64,000 nucleotides of DNA from an uncultured virus (IMG/VR IMGVR_UViG_3300042516_002585) (IMGVR_UViG_3300042516_002585), one strand, 5' to 3'; positions 40,383 to 48,063 are shown, counted from the stretch's first letter. Made by a program: numbers and translations. The notes: generated from the sequence alone by a model not told the origin.

Positions 40383-40461
40383 CGGTTTAACAAGTGGCAC
40401 AAGGGGGGTTGCAATGCCCCCCATCCCCTGATACATTACATTCGTTCCTGAGACACCGACC

Positions 40462-40935
40462 ATGCTGACTGGCAACGCACTGCTGATCAAGGTTAACGAA
40501 ATGCAGGCACAAAACCCGCCTGCTAAGATGTCTGAAATCGTTCGTGCCTGTGGGTATGAACTGGAAGGCAAACTGAAGTATACTCAATTCTACACTGAGT
40601 TGCTGACTGTCAAAGGTATCCTGAACAATGATACTTTGGAGAATGAAATCTCTGAGGAGAATCAGGATCTGTATGCCGAACTGTGTAACCGTTATGGTTC
40701 GGATGCAATCGATGCATTCCTGGAACTCTATGATGAAAATGATCTGGGTAATTTTGAAGATGCCTATCAGGGTCGTTATGATTCTGAGGCAGCATTTGCA
40801 GAGGAAATCACCACTGATTGTTATGGTTTGAACGTTCCTTCGTTCGTGATCATTGACTGGCAAGCAACTTGGGATCAGGGTCTCTATTATGACTATGATT
40901 TCGTGGATGGTTTCGTGTTCAGCAAGAATTGGTAA
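40462..40935 (+). CDS. Cyanobacterial AbrB-like N-terminus fused to ArdA-like antirestriction domain
   Basis: N-terminal LTGNALL.KV....ACGY...FYTELL..KG; highly acidic C-terminus YQGRYDSEAAFAEE...VPSFVIIDWQATW...GFVF. Confidence 0.55.
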   Translation: MLTGNALLIKVNEMQAQNPPAKMSEIVRACGYELEGKLKYTQFYTELLTVKGILNNDTLENEISEENQDLYAELCNRYGSDAIDAFLELYDENDLGNFEDAYQGRYDSEAAFAEEITTDCYGLNVPSFVIIDWQATWDQGLYYDYDFVDGFVFSKNW

Positions 40936-41097
40936 TCTCGACTAGATGATATCAAGATCTCGACGAGACATACACAATTCGTCGAGATCGCATATACGAT
41001 ATACACATCTCGACGACATATACACACGATATTATAATCTCGACGCACATACACATACGTATCGAGATGTGCAAGAATACGTGACACATTCTCGACA
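40935..41097. repeat. Cluster 2 of ATCTCGAC repeats (non-coding)
   Basis: Copies at about 40935, 40957, 40980 (reverse), 41007, 41037, 41061 (reverse) and 41090, separated by ACATAC-rich spacers. Confidence 0.75.
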
Positions 41098-41197
41098 CCC
41101 ACCCACCACGTGAGCTCGCCTTATGTGCAAGAATATGTGCTTCACCCCACTCACCCCTTCCCACACCATCTAGATGTGCTTTTTATATTCTTAGACT

Positions 41198-41216
41198 AAT
41201 ACCCCTTCGGGGTATT
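41198..41216. other. Perfect hairpin with 8-bp stem and GAA/TTC triloop
   Basis: AATACCCC-TTC-GGGGTATT. Confidence 0.6.
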
Positions 41217-41279
41217 GTTTCACATCTCTTTAGTATATCTTATAGAGTCTAGATTCTTATCTTCAATGGGAACAAAGGT

Positions 41280-41308
41280 ATTCTAATCAATATTTTGAGT
41301 ACTGTCAA
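41280..41308 (-). promoter_or_regulatory. Leftward sigma70-type promoter into non-coding repeat cluster 2
   Basis: Minus strand TTGACA-17-TAGAAT, divergent from a + promoter across the palindrome at 41317-41338. Confidence 0.6.
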
Positions 41309-41398
41309 GCCCCTGTGGTCCAGTTCGTGAAGTGGTACAAGATCGGTTGCAATCCGATGATCCCCCTGATAAATTACATTCGTTCCTGAGATTTCGCC

Positions 41399-41557
41399 AT
41401 GACTGAGGTTAAAGTTCGGGTCGAAACTAACGACGGTTGCGTGACATTTTGGTATGAAAAGTCCAGAGTCAAGAATCCCACCGAAGTTGTGTGCAATCGT
41501 GTCACTGAACAGTTAATGGGTCTTAACATTAAAGAGGTGAGTGTGACAGTCGCCTAA
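41399..41557 (+). CDS. Small hypothetical early protein
   Basis: 52-aa ORF after a TTCGTTCCTGAG leader motif. Confidence 0.5.
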   Translation: MTEVKVRVETNDGCVTFWYEKSRVKNPTEVVCNRVTEQLMGLNIKEVSVTVA

Positions 41558-41625
41558 GTGCCACATCGGTGCTTGCTAAGCACCTCCCCCCGTGCCATAC
41601 TACGTTTGTTCCTGAGAGACACACC

Positions 41626-41754
41626 ATGTTTGATGAACTCTGGCAAGAGATTCAAGATGCTCCTGGTGAGATCTTTGACATTCCCGAACTTCGTGATCTG
41701 GATGATGACAAGTTCGATGTCAATGACTACATCAACGGAAACTACGACTACTGA
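41626..41754 (+). CDS. Small acidic early protein
   Basis: MFDELWQEIQDAPGEIFDIPELRDLDDD; own promoter. Confidence 0.55.
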   Translation: MFDELWQEIQDAPGEIFDIPELRDLDDDKFDVNDYINGNYDY

Positions 41755-41951
41755 TGTTGTTTCAAGTCACCGCAATCGAGTTTGATTTTGATGAGGATGA
41801 TGACTTTCCCGAGCATCAATTCTCTAACATTACCGATGAAACGATTGGTATGATTTGGGAAGCAGATGATGAAGATGATCTAGTTGAAGAGATCACATGT
41901 GCCACAGGTTGGTGCATCAAATCCATTGATTATCGTCACGTTCTGAAATGA
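41754..41951 (+). CDS. Small acidic protein
   Basis: TGATG-coupled. Confidence 0.55.
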   Translation: MLFQVTAIEFDFDEDDDFPEHQFSNITDETIGMIWEADDEDDLVEEITCATGWCIKSIDYRHVLK

Positions 41952-42148
41952 CCAACAATGCACCCTATGGTTGCCAAACCTATAAGGATCTGCTGGTCAT
42001 GTTACAATCTATGACAGCAGAGCAGTTGGACTGCACTCCGACAGTGTATGATCCTGATGCGGATGAGTATTATCCCATCACAACACTGCTCACCGCATCT
42101 GACACCAACGACGTGTTAGACTCTGATCATCCTTACCTTTCCTTCTGA
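41948..42148 (+). CDS. Hypothetical protein
   Basis: ATGA-coupled. Confidence 0.55.
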   Translation: MTNNAPYGCQTYKDLLVMLQSMTAEQLDCTPTVYDPDADEYYPITTLLTASDTNDVLDSDHPYLSF

Positions 42149-42339
42149 TGAACCGTTCTGAACTTCAAGATGCTTTCATTCTGCAACTGCTGGATGACAT
42201 GGATCTCAAAACAATGACCCAACTCTGTTATGATTATCTGGATGAGGGTTATGCTAAGTATTCTGATGAAGAATTGCTCAGTGAGTGTAATGAATACTAT
42301 CCCGAACTGCTAGGCGATCCTGCCGTGTCGGACGGTTGA
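42148..42339 (+). CDS. Small acidic protein
   Basis: TGATG-coupled. Confidence 0.55.
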   Translation: MNRSELQDAFILQLLDDMDLKTMTQLCYDYLDEGYAKYSDEELLSECNEYYPELLGDPAVSDG

Positions 42340-42408
42340 GCAAGTGGCACACAGGGGGTTGCGAGCACCGTGCCCCCGTGCCATACTACGTTCATCAGCA
42401 AACAACCA

Positions 42409-43308
42409 ATGCAAAACAAGCACCAAGAGCACCCCGAAGACACCATCCTCACGGGCGACCTTTCCGTTCTGGATTGGTTCACTGCTGCTGGCGCTCTGAG
42501 CGTTAAGATCGACGGTGCCCCTGCAATCGTGTGGGGCACTGATCCTGCAACGGGTACGTTCTTCGTGGGCACTAAGGCAGTATTCAACAAAAAGAAGATT
42601 CGTATTGCTCACTCTCACGATGAGATTGACCAGCATTATGAAGGCAATGTAGCAGACATTCTTCATTCGTGCTTTGATTATCTGCCACGCACCGAGTCTA
42701 TCATTCAGGGTGACTTTATCGGGTTTGGTGGTGAAACTGAATACACTCCGAACGTGATCACCTATAAGTTCGGTGATGTAGTTTCGCAACGTATTATCAT
42801 CGCACCTCACACCTATTATGAAGCAAACGATGACCTTCGTGATAGTTGGGCATTGCCCCTGATGGTGAATCTGCAAAGCGATGATGACGTTCTGTTCGTG
42901 AAACCTGATGCCTACATTGTACACAATCAGACCTCATTCGCTGATGTAAAAGAGGTTTGTGATTTCGCTCGCCAGATGTCAACTGCGTGTGAGTTCGTTT
43001 CTAACAAAGAAGCAGCAGAGATCAAAAAGCAAATTAACGCCTGCATTCGTGCGGGTGAAGAGATCAATCCTGAGGACTTCGATTGTGACACTAACCTGAT
43101 GCGTTTGTGGGCATTGGTGAAGTCAATCAAAGATGACTGTTTGTTCCTCTGCCGTAACAATGGTCCTGCTGCTTATCTCTACGGCAACAGAATCGACGCT
43201 GAGGGTTATGTGATGACCAATGAGTTTGGTATGTTCAAACTGGTCAATCGTGAGGTCTTTTCTAACGCTAACTTCAACCACGGACGCTTTCAGTGTGCCA
43301 ATCGTTGA
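42409..43308 (+). CDS. Phage protein with ligase/nucleotidyltransferase-like motifs
   Basis: SVKIDG (KxDG), IQGDF, EGYV and FKLVNR resemble covalent nucleotidyltransferase motifs I, III, IV and V. Confidence 0.55.
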   Translation: MQNKHQEHPEDTILTGDLSVLDWFTAAGALSVKIDGAPAIVWGTDPATGTFFVGTKAVFNKKKIRIAHSHDEIDQHYEGNVADILHSCFDYLPRTESIIQGDFIGFGGETEYTPNVITYKFGDVVSQRIIIAPHTYYEANDDLRDSWALPLMVNLQSDDDVLFVKPDAYIVHNQTSFADVKEVCDFARQMSTACEFVSNKEAAEIKKQINACIRAGEEINPEDFDCDTNLMRLWALVKSIKDDCLFLCRNNGPAAYLYGNRIDAEGYVMTNEFGMFKLVNREVFSNANFNHGRFQCANR

Positions 43309-43374
43309 AGTGGCACAAGGGGGATTGACTCCCCCCTTCTCACCCTTTATAGTAACTTCAGTTCAATCAAACCA

Positions 43375-43941
43375 ATGGAAACCTTCCTCGAGACTTCCTT
43401 CCAGAATGTACGTTCTTCAAAGCGTACAGATGAGTTCCACAAGGTGCTTTTAGATGAGGTTCTGAATGCAAACCCTCAGTGGGCAGAGTATGACTGGCAG
43501 TATGAATACCAACTGCCCGTAGACGGTTTCGGAGGCACCTTTGACATTGACATTGCTGGGTTTGTTGATAGTCAACTTAAAGTTGCAATTCTTGGCAAAG
43601 CACTCAACAGCAACATCAACAAAAACATCAAAAATTATGCTAACACCAGTGTAGGCGAAGCGGCACGTTTGATGTACGCTCCTGACATCATCCTGGAAAA
43701 AGTGCTGTTCGTGAGTGTTCTTCCCCGTGTGGCACCTCGCTTCAACAAAGCAGGCGAAGTTCAGGGATTCGATGACGTTGTGGGTGCCAAAGAGCGCACT
43801 AAGATTAACACCGTTTTGCAGTTCCAATACGGTGGCAAAGTAGAGGCAATCGACCTGTTCTTTGACATTGACAATGTTAAAGTTCTGACTGAGTTCAACA
43901 CCGTTAGCATCAGCAACCTGGATCCGCTGGTGCTGGTGTGA
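43375..43941 (+). CDS. Putative PD-(D/E)XK restriction-endonuclease-like nuclease
   Basis: EYQLP...FDIDIAG...AILGK..NSNINKNIKNY...GE. Confidence 0.45.
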   Translation: METFLETSFQNVRSSKRTDEFHKVLLDEVLNANPQWAEYDWQYEYQLPVDGFGGTFDIDIAGFVDSQLKVAILGKALNSNINKNIKNYANTSVGEAARLMYAPDIILEKVLFVSVLPRVAPRFNKAGEVQGFDDVVGAKERTKINTVLQFQYGGKVEAIDLFFDIDNVKVLTEFNTVSISNLDPLVLV

Positions 43942-44019
43942 CGGTTCAGGGGGTGGCACACGCTGCCCCCATCCTGCTCCGCTGTGCCTTTATACTGATC
44001 TCAGTTCAGACAAAGACCG

Positions 44020-44193
44020 ATGACCCGCTACGACGTGATCTGCCCTTCCGCTCCCTGGGAGAACACTACCACTGATGAGGATCGTGCCTACGACCTCTGC
44101 TATTCTCTGAGCGAGGACTACGGTTACGCTGAGATTCGCCAGAACGGAATGGTCATCGCAGACTATGGCAACCCTGCCACCTTCCTTGGTTGA
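44020..44193 (+). CDS. Cassette mini-gene (57 aa)
   Basis: ATG at the fixed cassette position; followed by a terminator. Confidence 0.6.
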   Translation: MTRYDVICPSAPWENTTTDEDRAYDLCYSLSEDYGYAEIRQNGMVIADYGNPATFLG

Positions 44194-44200
44194 CACTAAG

Positions 44201-44225
44201 GGGAGCAAATACGCTCCCTTTTTTT
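44201..44225 (+). terminator. Intrinsic terminator
   Basis: GGGAGC-AAATAC-GCTCCC followed by a T run. Confidence 0.7.
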
Positions 44226-44241
44226 ATACTTTTCTTTTTTT

Positions 44242-44297
44242 TATTTTATGGCAGGGGGCGTGGCGACCGTTTTCGTCATCAGGGCTACCCCGCCCCT
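44242..44297 (-). ncRNA. Candidate structured small RNA, copy B
   Basis: Homologous to 39986-40042. Minus-strand promoter TTGCTG-16-TATACT at 44342-44315. Confidence 0.5.
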
Positions 44298-44413
44298 TCT
44301 TCGCTTGTGACCTCAGTATAGGGCCGCGGCAATCCCCAGCAACCACTGCTGTGCCAGTTCCCGAACCGTCCACCAAACCGCCCACTGCCCCCCTGATGCC
44401 CTATACTGATCTC

Positions 44414-44578
44414 ATGAAACAAACCAAGATGACTCACGACGAACTGATCGCTAGCGTGATGGCAGAGTACACCGCCAAGGTCAACCGTGAGGAAGCATAC
44501 CGCCAAGCGGTGCGCCGTGGTGAGATCGCTCCCCCTCAGGTCCAATCCACCAACTGGAACATCAGCGACCGCCATTGA
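44414..44578 (+). CDS. Cassette mini-gene
   Basis: Downstream of TATACT at 44402; ends WNISDRH. Confidence 0.55.
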   Translation: MKQTKMTHDELIASVMAEYTAKVNREEAYRQAVRRGEIAPPQVQSTNWNISDRH

Positions 44579-44619
44579 GCGGCGCTGCCCTTAGAATGAC
44601 CTCAGATCAAACGAACCCC

Positions 44620-44760
44620 ATGATCCGCTACGAAGTCCGCTACCAGGTGCCCTACAACCAGTGTGAGTGGCGCTCTCAGTTCTTCCGCACCTATGATGAG
44701 GCGATGCGGATGGTAGAGTTCTACCGCTCCTGTGGATCCCCTGCTCACCTGGCACCATGA
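44620..44760 (+). CDS. Cassette mini-gene
   Basis: MIRYEVRYQVPYNQCEWRSQFF; downstream of TAGAAT. Confidence 0.55.
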   Translation: MIRYEVRYQVPYNQCEWRSQFFRTYDEAMRMVEFYRSCGSPAHLAP

Positions 44761-44924
44761 TCAAAGCACTGACCCGCTCCCGTTCCCCTGAGTTTCACCG
44801 CGCCACCATGCTGCGCCTCCTGATCACCGCTCTGCTGCTCTGGGGATTCTGGGAACCGCTGCGCCCCATCCGCAATGTGACAGCTCAGGCACTGGACACC
44901 GCTGCCGACCTGATCGCCCGCTGA
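44757..44924 (+). CDS. Small membrane protein
   Basis: ATGA-coupled; hydrophobic LLITALLLWGFW. Confidence 0.5.
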   Translation: MIKALTRSRSPEFHRATMLRLLITALLLWGFWEPLRPIRNVTAQALDTAADLIAR

Positions 44925-44957
44925 CCCTTTATACTGATCTCAGTTCAGACGACACCG

Positions 44958-45128
44958 ATGATCGACCTCCTAAACCGCGTGGGGATCGTTGCCCTTGCTC
45001 TGCTCTTCATTGTGGGCGGCGCCCATCTGGCGGCTCAGGGCAATGCCCACCGCAACGCTGAATGTCGTGCTAACGGTGGCAAGGTGGTTGTCTTTCAGAA
45101 TCGGCCGCCAGGGTGTGTCCTGCCCTGA
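44958..45128 (+). CDS. Cassette mini-gene, membrane peptide with two Cys
   Basis: TM helix then GNA..NAEC.ANGG.V...C; resembles 47650..47826. Confidence 0.55.
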   Translation: MIDLLNRVGIVALALLFIVGGAHLAAQGNAHRNAECRANGGKVVVFQNRPPGCVLP

Positions 45129-45219
45129 ACCCAGTGCCGCCGGCGGCACTGGCACACTGAACCACATGGACCCCCTCCCTGACCCCCTATACTGATCTCA
45201 GTTCACAAGCGAACCCACC

Positions 45220-45471
45220 ATGAAAGTTCAGCAAGTCGGTAGCAACCAAACCGAAGTGACCCTGGCAGACGGGACCTGCATCCTGTTCTCCTACGATCAA
45301 CCCGTCGCCGCCATCGTGCCTGGCAAAGGGTGGATTCGCACCGCTCAGCAGTGGAGCGCCACCACCACCAAGCATGTCAACGCCTGGATTCGCAAGCATC
45401 GCGGCAACTACGTCATCGGTGAGGTTGCCAGTGTGCCACAATGGGATCTGGACCAACTGGTGGCGTTCTGA
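45220..45471 (+). CDS. Cassette mini-gene
   Basis: LFSYDQPVAA...WSATTTKHVNAW. Confidence 0.65.
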   Translation: MKVQQVGSNQTEVTLADGTCILFSYDQPVAAIVPGKGWIRTAQQWSATTTKHVNAWIRKHRGNYVIGEVASVPQWDLDQLVAF

Positions 45472-45518
45472 GGGGCGCCACCCCCTACAATACTCTCAGA
45501 TCAGAGGAACCCCCCCCG

Positions 45519-45716
45519 ATGAAACTCTCCAAAAAGCAAAGGATTGTCGCCGTTCCTATTATCATTGTTCTGGCAATTCCTGCTATTCTCCTAAAAGTTG
45601 CGACGGAGATTTTCTACATCCTCTCCAACATTTTTGGGGCATCTGCTGATAAATTGGAGAAACTAAATCTTGCTTGGGGTGAACAGTTTCAAACCTTCAT
45701 CAAGACTGTCTTGTGA
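45519..45716 (+). CDS. Cassette mini-gene, membrane protein
   Basis: AT-richer than neighbours; hydrophobic helix. Confidence 0.55.
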   Translation: MKLSKKQRIVAVPIIIVLAIPAILLKVATEIFYILSNIFGASADKLEKLNLAWGEQFQTFIKTVL

Positions 45717-45795
45717 CAGTCCAGCAAGTGGCACAAAGCACCGCCGCCTGACCCCCTGACCCCTTACAATACTTTCAGTTCACAAGCAACCGACC

Positions 45796-45972
45796 ATGAC
45801 CTACGCTCAGATCACCGCTTCCAACCTCAGCGCCTCCGCTGCCCGCTCCGCGATCTGTGATCTGGCAGATCAGTTCTCCTGGGAGACCGTCGCCCGTGAG
45901 ATGCTCTCCCGCATGTCAGGTGATGAGGCACGGGAGTTTGTGGAAGACTTCCAGCGCCTCTATGCCGACTGA
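45796..45972 (+). CDS. Cassette mini-gene
   Basis: ATG at the fixed cassette position. Confidence 0.6.
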   Translation: MTYAQITASNLSASAARSAICDLADQFSWETVAREMLSRMSGDEAREFVEDFQRLYAD

Positions 45973-46046
45973 GGCACTGGCACACGGGGGGCACCAACCC
46001 CCCACCCCCGACCTGCTATACTGATCTCAGTTCAAACGACCCGACC

Positions 46047-46232
46047 ATGAAAGTTTACGCCGTTATCGCTGGTGAGGATTATGCGGGGCAGGACTTCGAT
46101 TCCCTGCGCCTGTTCGATTGCCTCTCCGCTGCCCAAGCATACGAAAAAGAACTGCAGCAGCAGTTCGGCGTAGACTATACCCTGCTGGAGGTGCGGGAGG
46201 TTTGCATGGAATCCGCTCTCTGTGCCGCCTGA
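46047..46232 (+). CDS. Cassette mini-gene
   Basis: ATG at the fixed cassette position. Confidence 0.65.
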   Translation: MKVYAVIAGEDYAGQDFDSLRLFDCLSAAQAYEKELQQQFGVDYTLLEVREVCMESALCAA

Positions 46233-46307
46233 GGCACTGGCACAAGGGTCCTGAGCACCGACCCTAAACTGCTCTACAATTCTCTCAGTTCACAACCCGA
46301 ACCGATC

Positions 46308-46514
46308 ATGCGCTACAATCCCGCCACCGATCGCGCCCTGAGCATTGATGAGATCGCCGCGCAGTGTAAGGCAGCGATCATGAAGGCATCCGCTCCCGCT
46401 CCTGCTCCCTGCTCCTGGGAGGATGTTGCTGCCCTGGAGGATGATGACTTCTACGCTGAGAACCCTGTTCTCTGGGGATTCGCCTGGGAGAATGATCTGA
46501 TGATCGCCGCCTGA
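46308..46514 (+). CDS. Cassette mini-gene
   Basis: ATG at the fixed cassette position. Confidence 0.6.
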   Translation: MRYNPATDRALSIDEIAAQCKAAIMKASAPAPAPCSWEDVAALEDDDFYAENPVLWGFAWENDLMIAA

Positions 46515-46610
46515 TACAATGGGAGCGGGAGCGCCTACGGCGGAACGCCTACGGCGTTAACGCCCTTAAAGACTCCCACACCAAACCACAACCCACAATC
46601 CTAGCACACC

Positions 46611-46742
46611 ATGTCCCGCGAACTTGCCCTCTCCCTGCTCCGCTCTGGCAACGACGGCGCTGAGATCCTGCAGATTCTGGAAACGATCGCCGCCGATGAT
46701 GGCAGCGACGCAGAACCCACCCTAGAAGAAATCCAATTCTGA
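46611..46742 (+). CDS. Mini-gene with long structured leader
   Basis: MSRELALSLLRSGNDGAEILQILETIAADD; TACAAT at 46515. Confidence 0.55.
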   Translation: MSRELALSLLRSGNDGAEILQILETIAADDGSDAEPTLEEIQF

Positions 46743-46812
46743 TAGTGGCACAACGGAGGGGGACACCCCTTCCCTTTTGCCTCTATACTGATCTCAGTTC
46801 AGACAAAGACCG

Positions 46813-46959
46813 ATGACCGACTTCTTCGCTTCCTACCTCTCTGACCTCTCCGCTCTGTCGGGTGCTGACCTCTCCTGCCTGCTGTGCGACGCCGTCGACT
46901 TCGATGACGATGCTGCCTTTCAGGTGATCATCGCTGAGATGCAGGCACGGGGCATCTGA
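46813..46959 (+). CDS. Cassette mini-gene
   Basis: ATG at the fixed cassette position. Confidence 0.55.
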   Translation: MTDFFASYLSDLSALSGADLSCLLCDAVDFDDDAAFQVIIAEMQARGI

Positions 46960-46993
46960 TCTGCTACAATACTCTCAACAGCAACGGACCCCG

Positions 46994-47155
46994 ATGCCTT
47001 CCTTCCGCGTTGTTACCACCGATGAGATGCCAGAGGTCCTGGGAGAGTTTCCCAACCTGGCATATGCCGATATGTTTGCTGAGGCACTGATGCACCAGAG
47101 ATGCCAACGCTCAACCGTCGAGCATTGGGATGGCAGGGAATGGGTTTCCCTCTGA
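46994..47155 (+). CDS. Cassette mini-gene
   Basis: ATG at the fixed cassette position. Confidence 0.55.
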   Translation: MPSFRVVTTDEMPEVLGEFPNLAYADMFAEALMHQRCQRSTVEHWDGREWVSL

Positions 47156-47194
47156 CCCGCGACCTGCTACAATACTCTCAGTTCAGACAACCCC

Positions 47195-47383
47195 ATGCAC
47201 TGCACCACCTTCCCCGCCATCGTTTGGAACTGCGCCGATGAGAACGGGTGCATCCGCTGGTCCGCCGCCTGCCAGGCAGCAAAGGATCATGGTCTGTGGG
47301 ATGACTTCCGCACCGACTATGGCACCACCGCCCGCTTCGGTCCCGTGGATGCGGGTGAGTTCCTTTCGTGGTTGGGGTATTGA
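47195..47383 (+). CDS. Cassette mini-gene, DAGE..WLGY family
   Basis: Paralogous to 49130 and 49391. Confidence 0.7.
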   Translation: MHCTTFPAIVWNCADENGCIRWSAACQAAKDHGLWDDFRTDYGTTARFGPVDAGEFLSWLGY

Positions 47384-47432
47384 CCCCTGCCCCCTTCGTG
47401 CTCTACAATTCTCTCAGTTCAGACAAAGACCG

Positions 47433-47615
47433 ATGACCCGCACCCTGACCGACGACCTCCTGGACCTGGCAACTGCCATCGCTGCTGAGATGTATGGTTG
47501 CGATCTGGATCGCCTGGACCCTGAGGACCTGGCATGGTATGCTGACCGCACCGACGCAGACAACCTGGAGGAGATGGCAAACGACCTTGCTGCTGCCGCC
47601 TGGGAATCCTACTGA
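47433..47615 (+). CDS. Cassette mini-gene, acidic
   Basis: ATG at the fixed cassette position. Confidence 0.6.
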   Translation: MTRTLTDDLLDLATAIAAEMYGCDLDRLDPEDLAWYADRTDADNLEEMANDLAAAAWESY

Positions 47616-47649
47616 TCTGCTACAATACTCTCAACAGCAACGGACCCCG

Positions 47650-47826
47650 ATGCAAACTCTCAAAGCAACCGCCATCGCCCTCCTGGTCATCACGCTGGCG
47701 ACCGCTGGATACGCTGCCCTGCTCCACAATGGCAACGCCCGCATCGAAGCCAAGTGCGCCGCTCAGGGTGGGCAGGTCATCACCGCCCCTGGTGAGATCA
47801 GCCGCTGCCTCCGCCCTGCCCGCTGA
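47650..47826 (+). CDS. Cassette mini-gene, membrane peptide with two Cys
   Basis: TM helix then GNARIEAKCAAQGGQV...C. Confidence 0.6.
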   Translation: MQTLKATAIALLVITLATAGYAALLHNGNARIEAKCAAQGGQVITAPGEISRCLRPAR

Positions 47827-47863
47827 TCTGCTACAATACTCTCAACCGACACCTCCCCCACCG

Positions 47864-48031
47864 ATGACCAACCACACCTGGGCCGACAACGCGATGCGCT
47901 GCGCCGCTGCCCGCGCTGCCGCCCTGCGTCCCTTTGAGCACGAGTCCTGGGCACACTACCGTCAGCAGCGGGAGCGGGAGACTCTGACCGCCCTGTGGCA
48001 TCTCTACTGGGATCATGAGGTCGCCTTTTGA
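47864..48031 (+). CDS. Cassette mini-gene
   Basis: ATG at the fixed cassette position. Confidence 0.55.
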   Translation: MTNHTWADNAMRCAAARAAALRPFEHESWAHYRQQRERETLTALWHLYWDHEVAF

Positions 48032-48063
48032 CCTGCTATAATTCTCTCAACCGCAACGGACCC

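Noticed and set aside
44256..44290. Hammerhead ribozyme (minus-strand CTGATGA...GAAA)
   Set aside because: There is no stem II between CUGAUGA and GAAA, and the homologous copy reads CUGCUGA-C-GACA, so the catalytic core is not conserved.
39992..44310. Conserved + strand peptide starting MAGGVA in the two duplicated elements
   Set aside because: A 1-nt indel changes the frame between copies, and the nearest promoters point along the minus strand.
18142..45734. Sigma54 promoters suggested by TGGCAC
   Set aside because: The required TGGCAC-N5-TTGC spacing is absent, sigma70-type -10 boxes follow at a fixed distance, and cyanobacteria lack sigma54.
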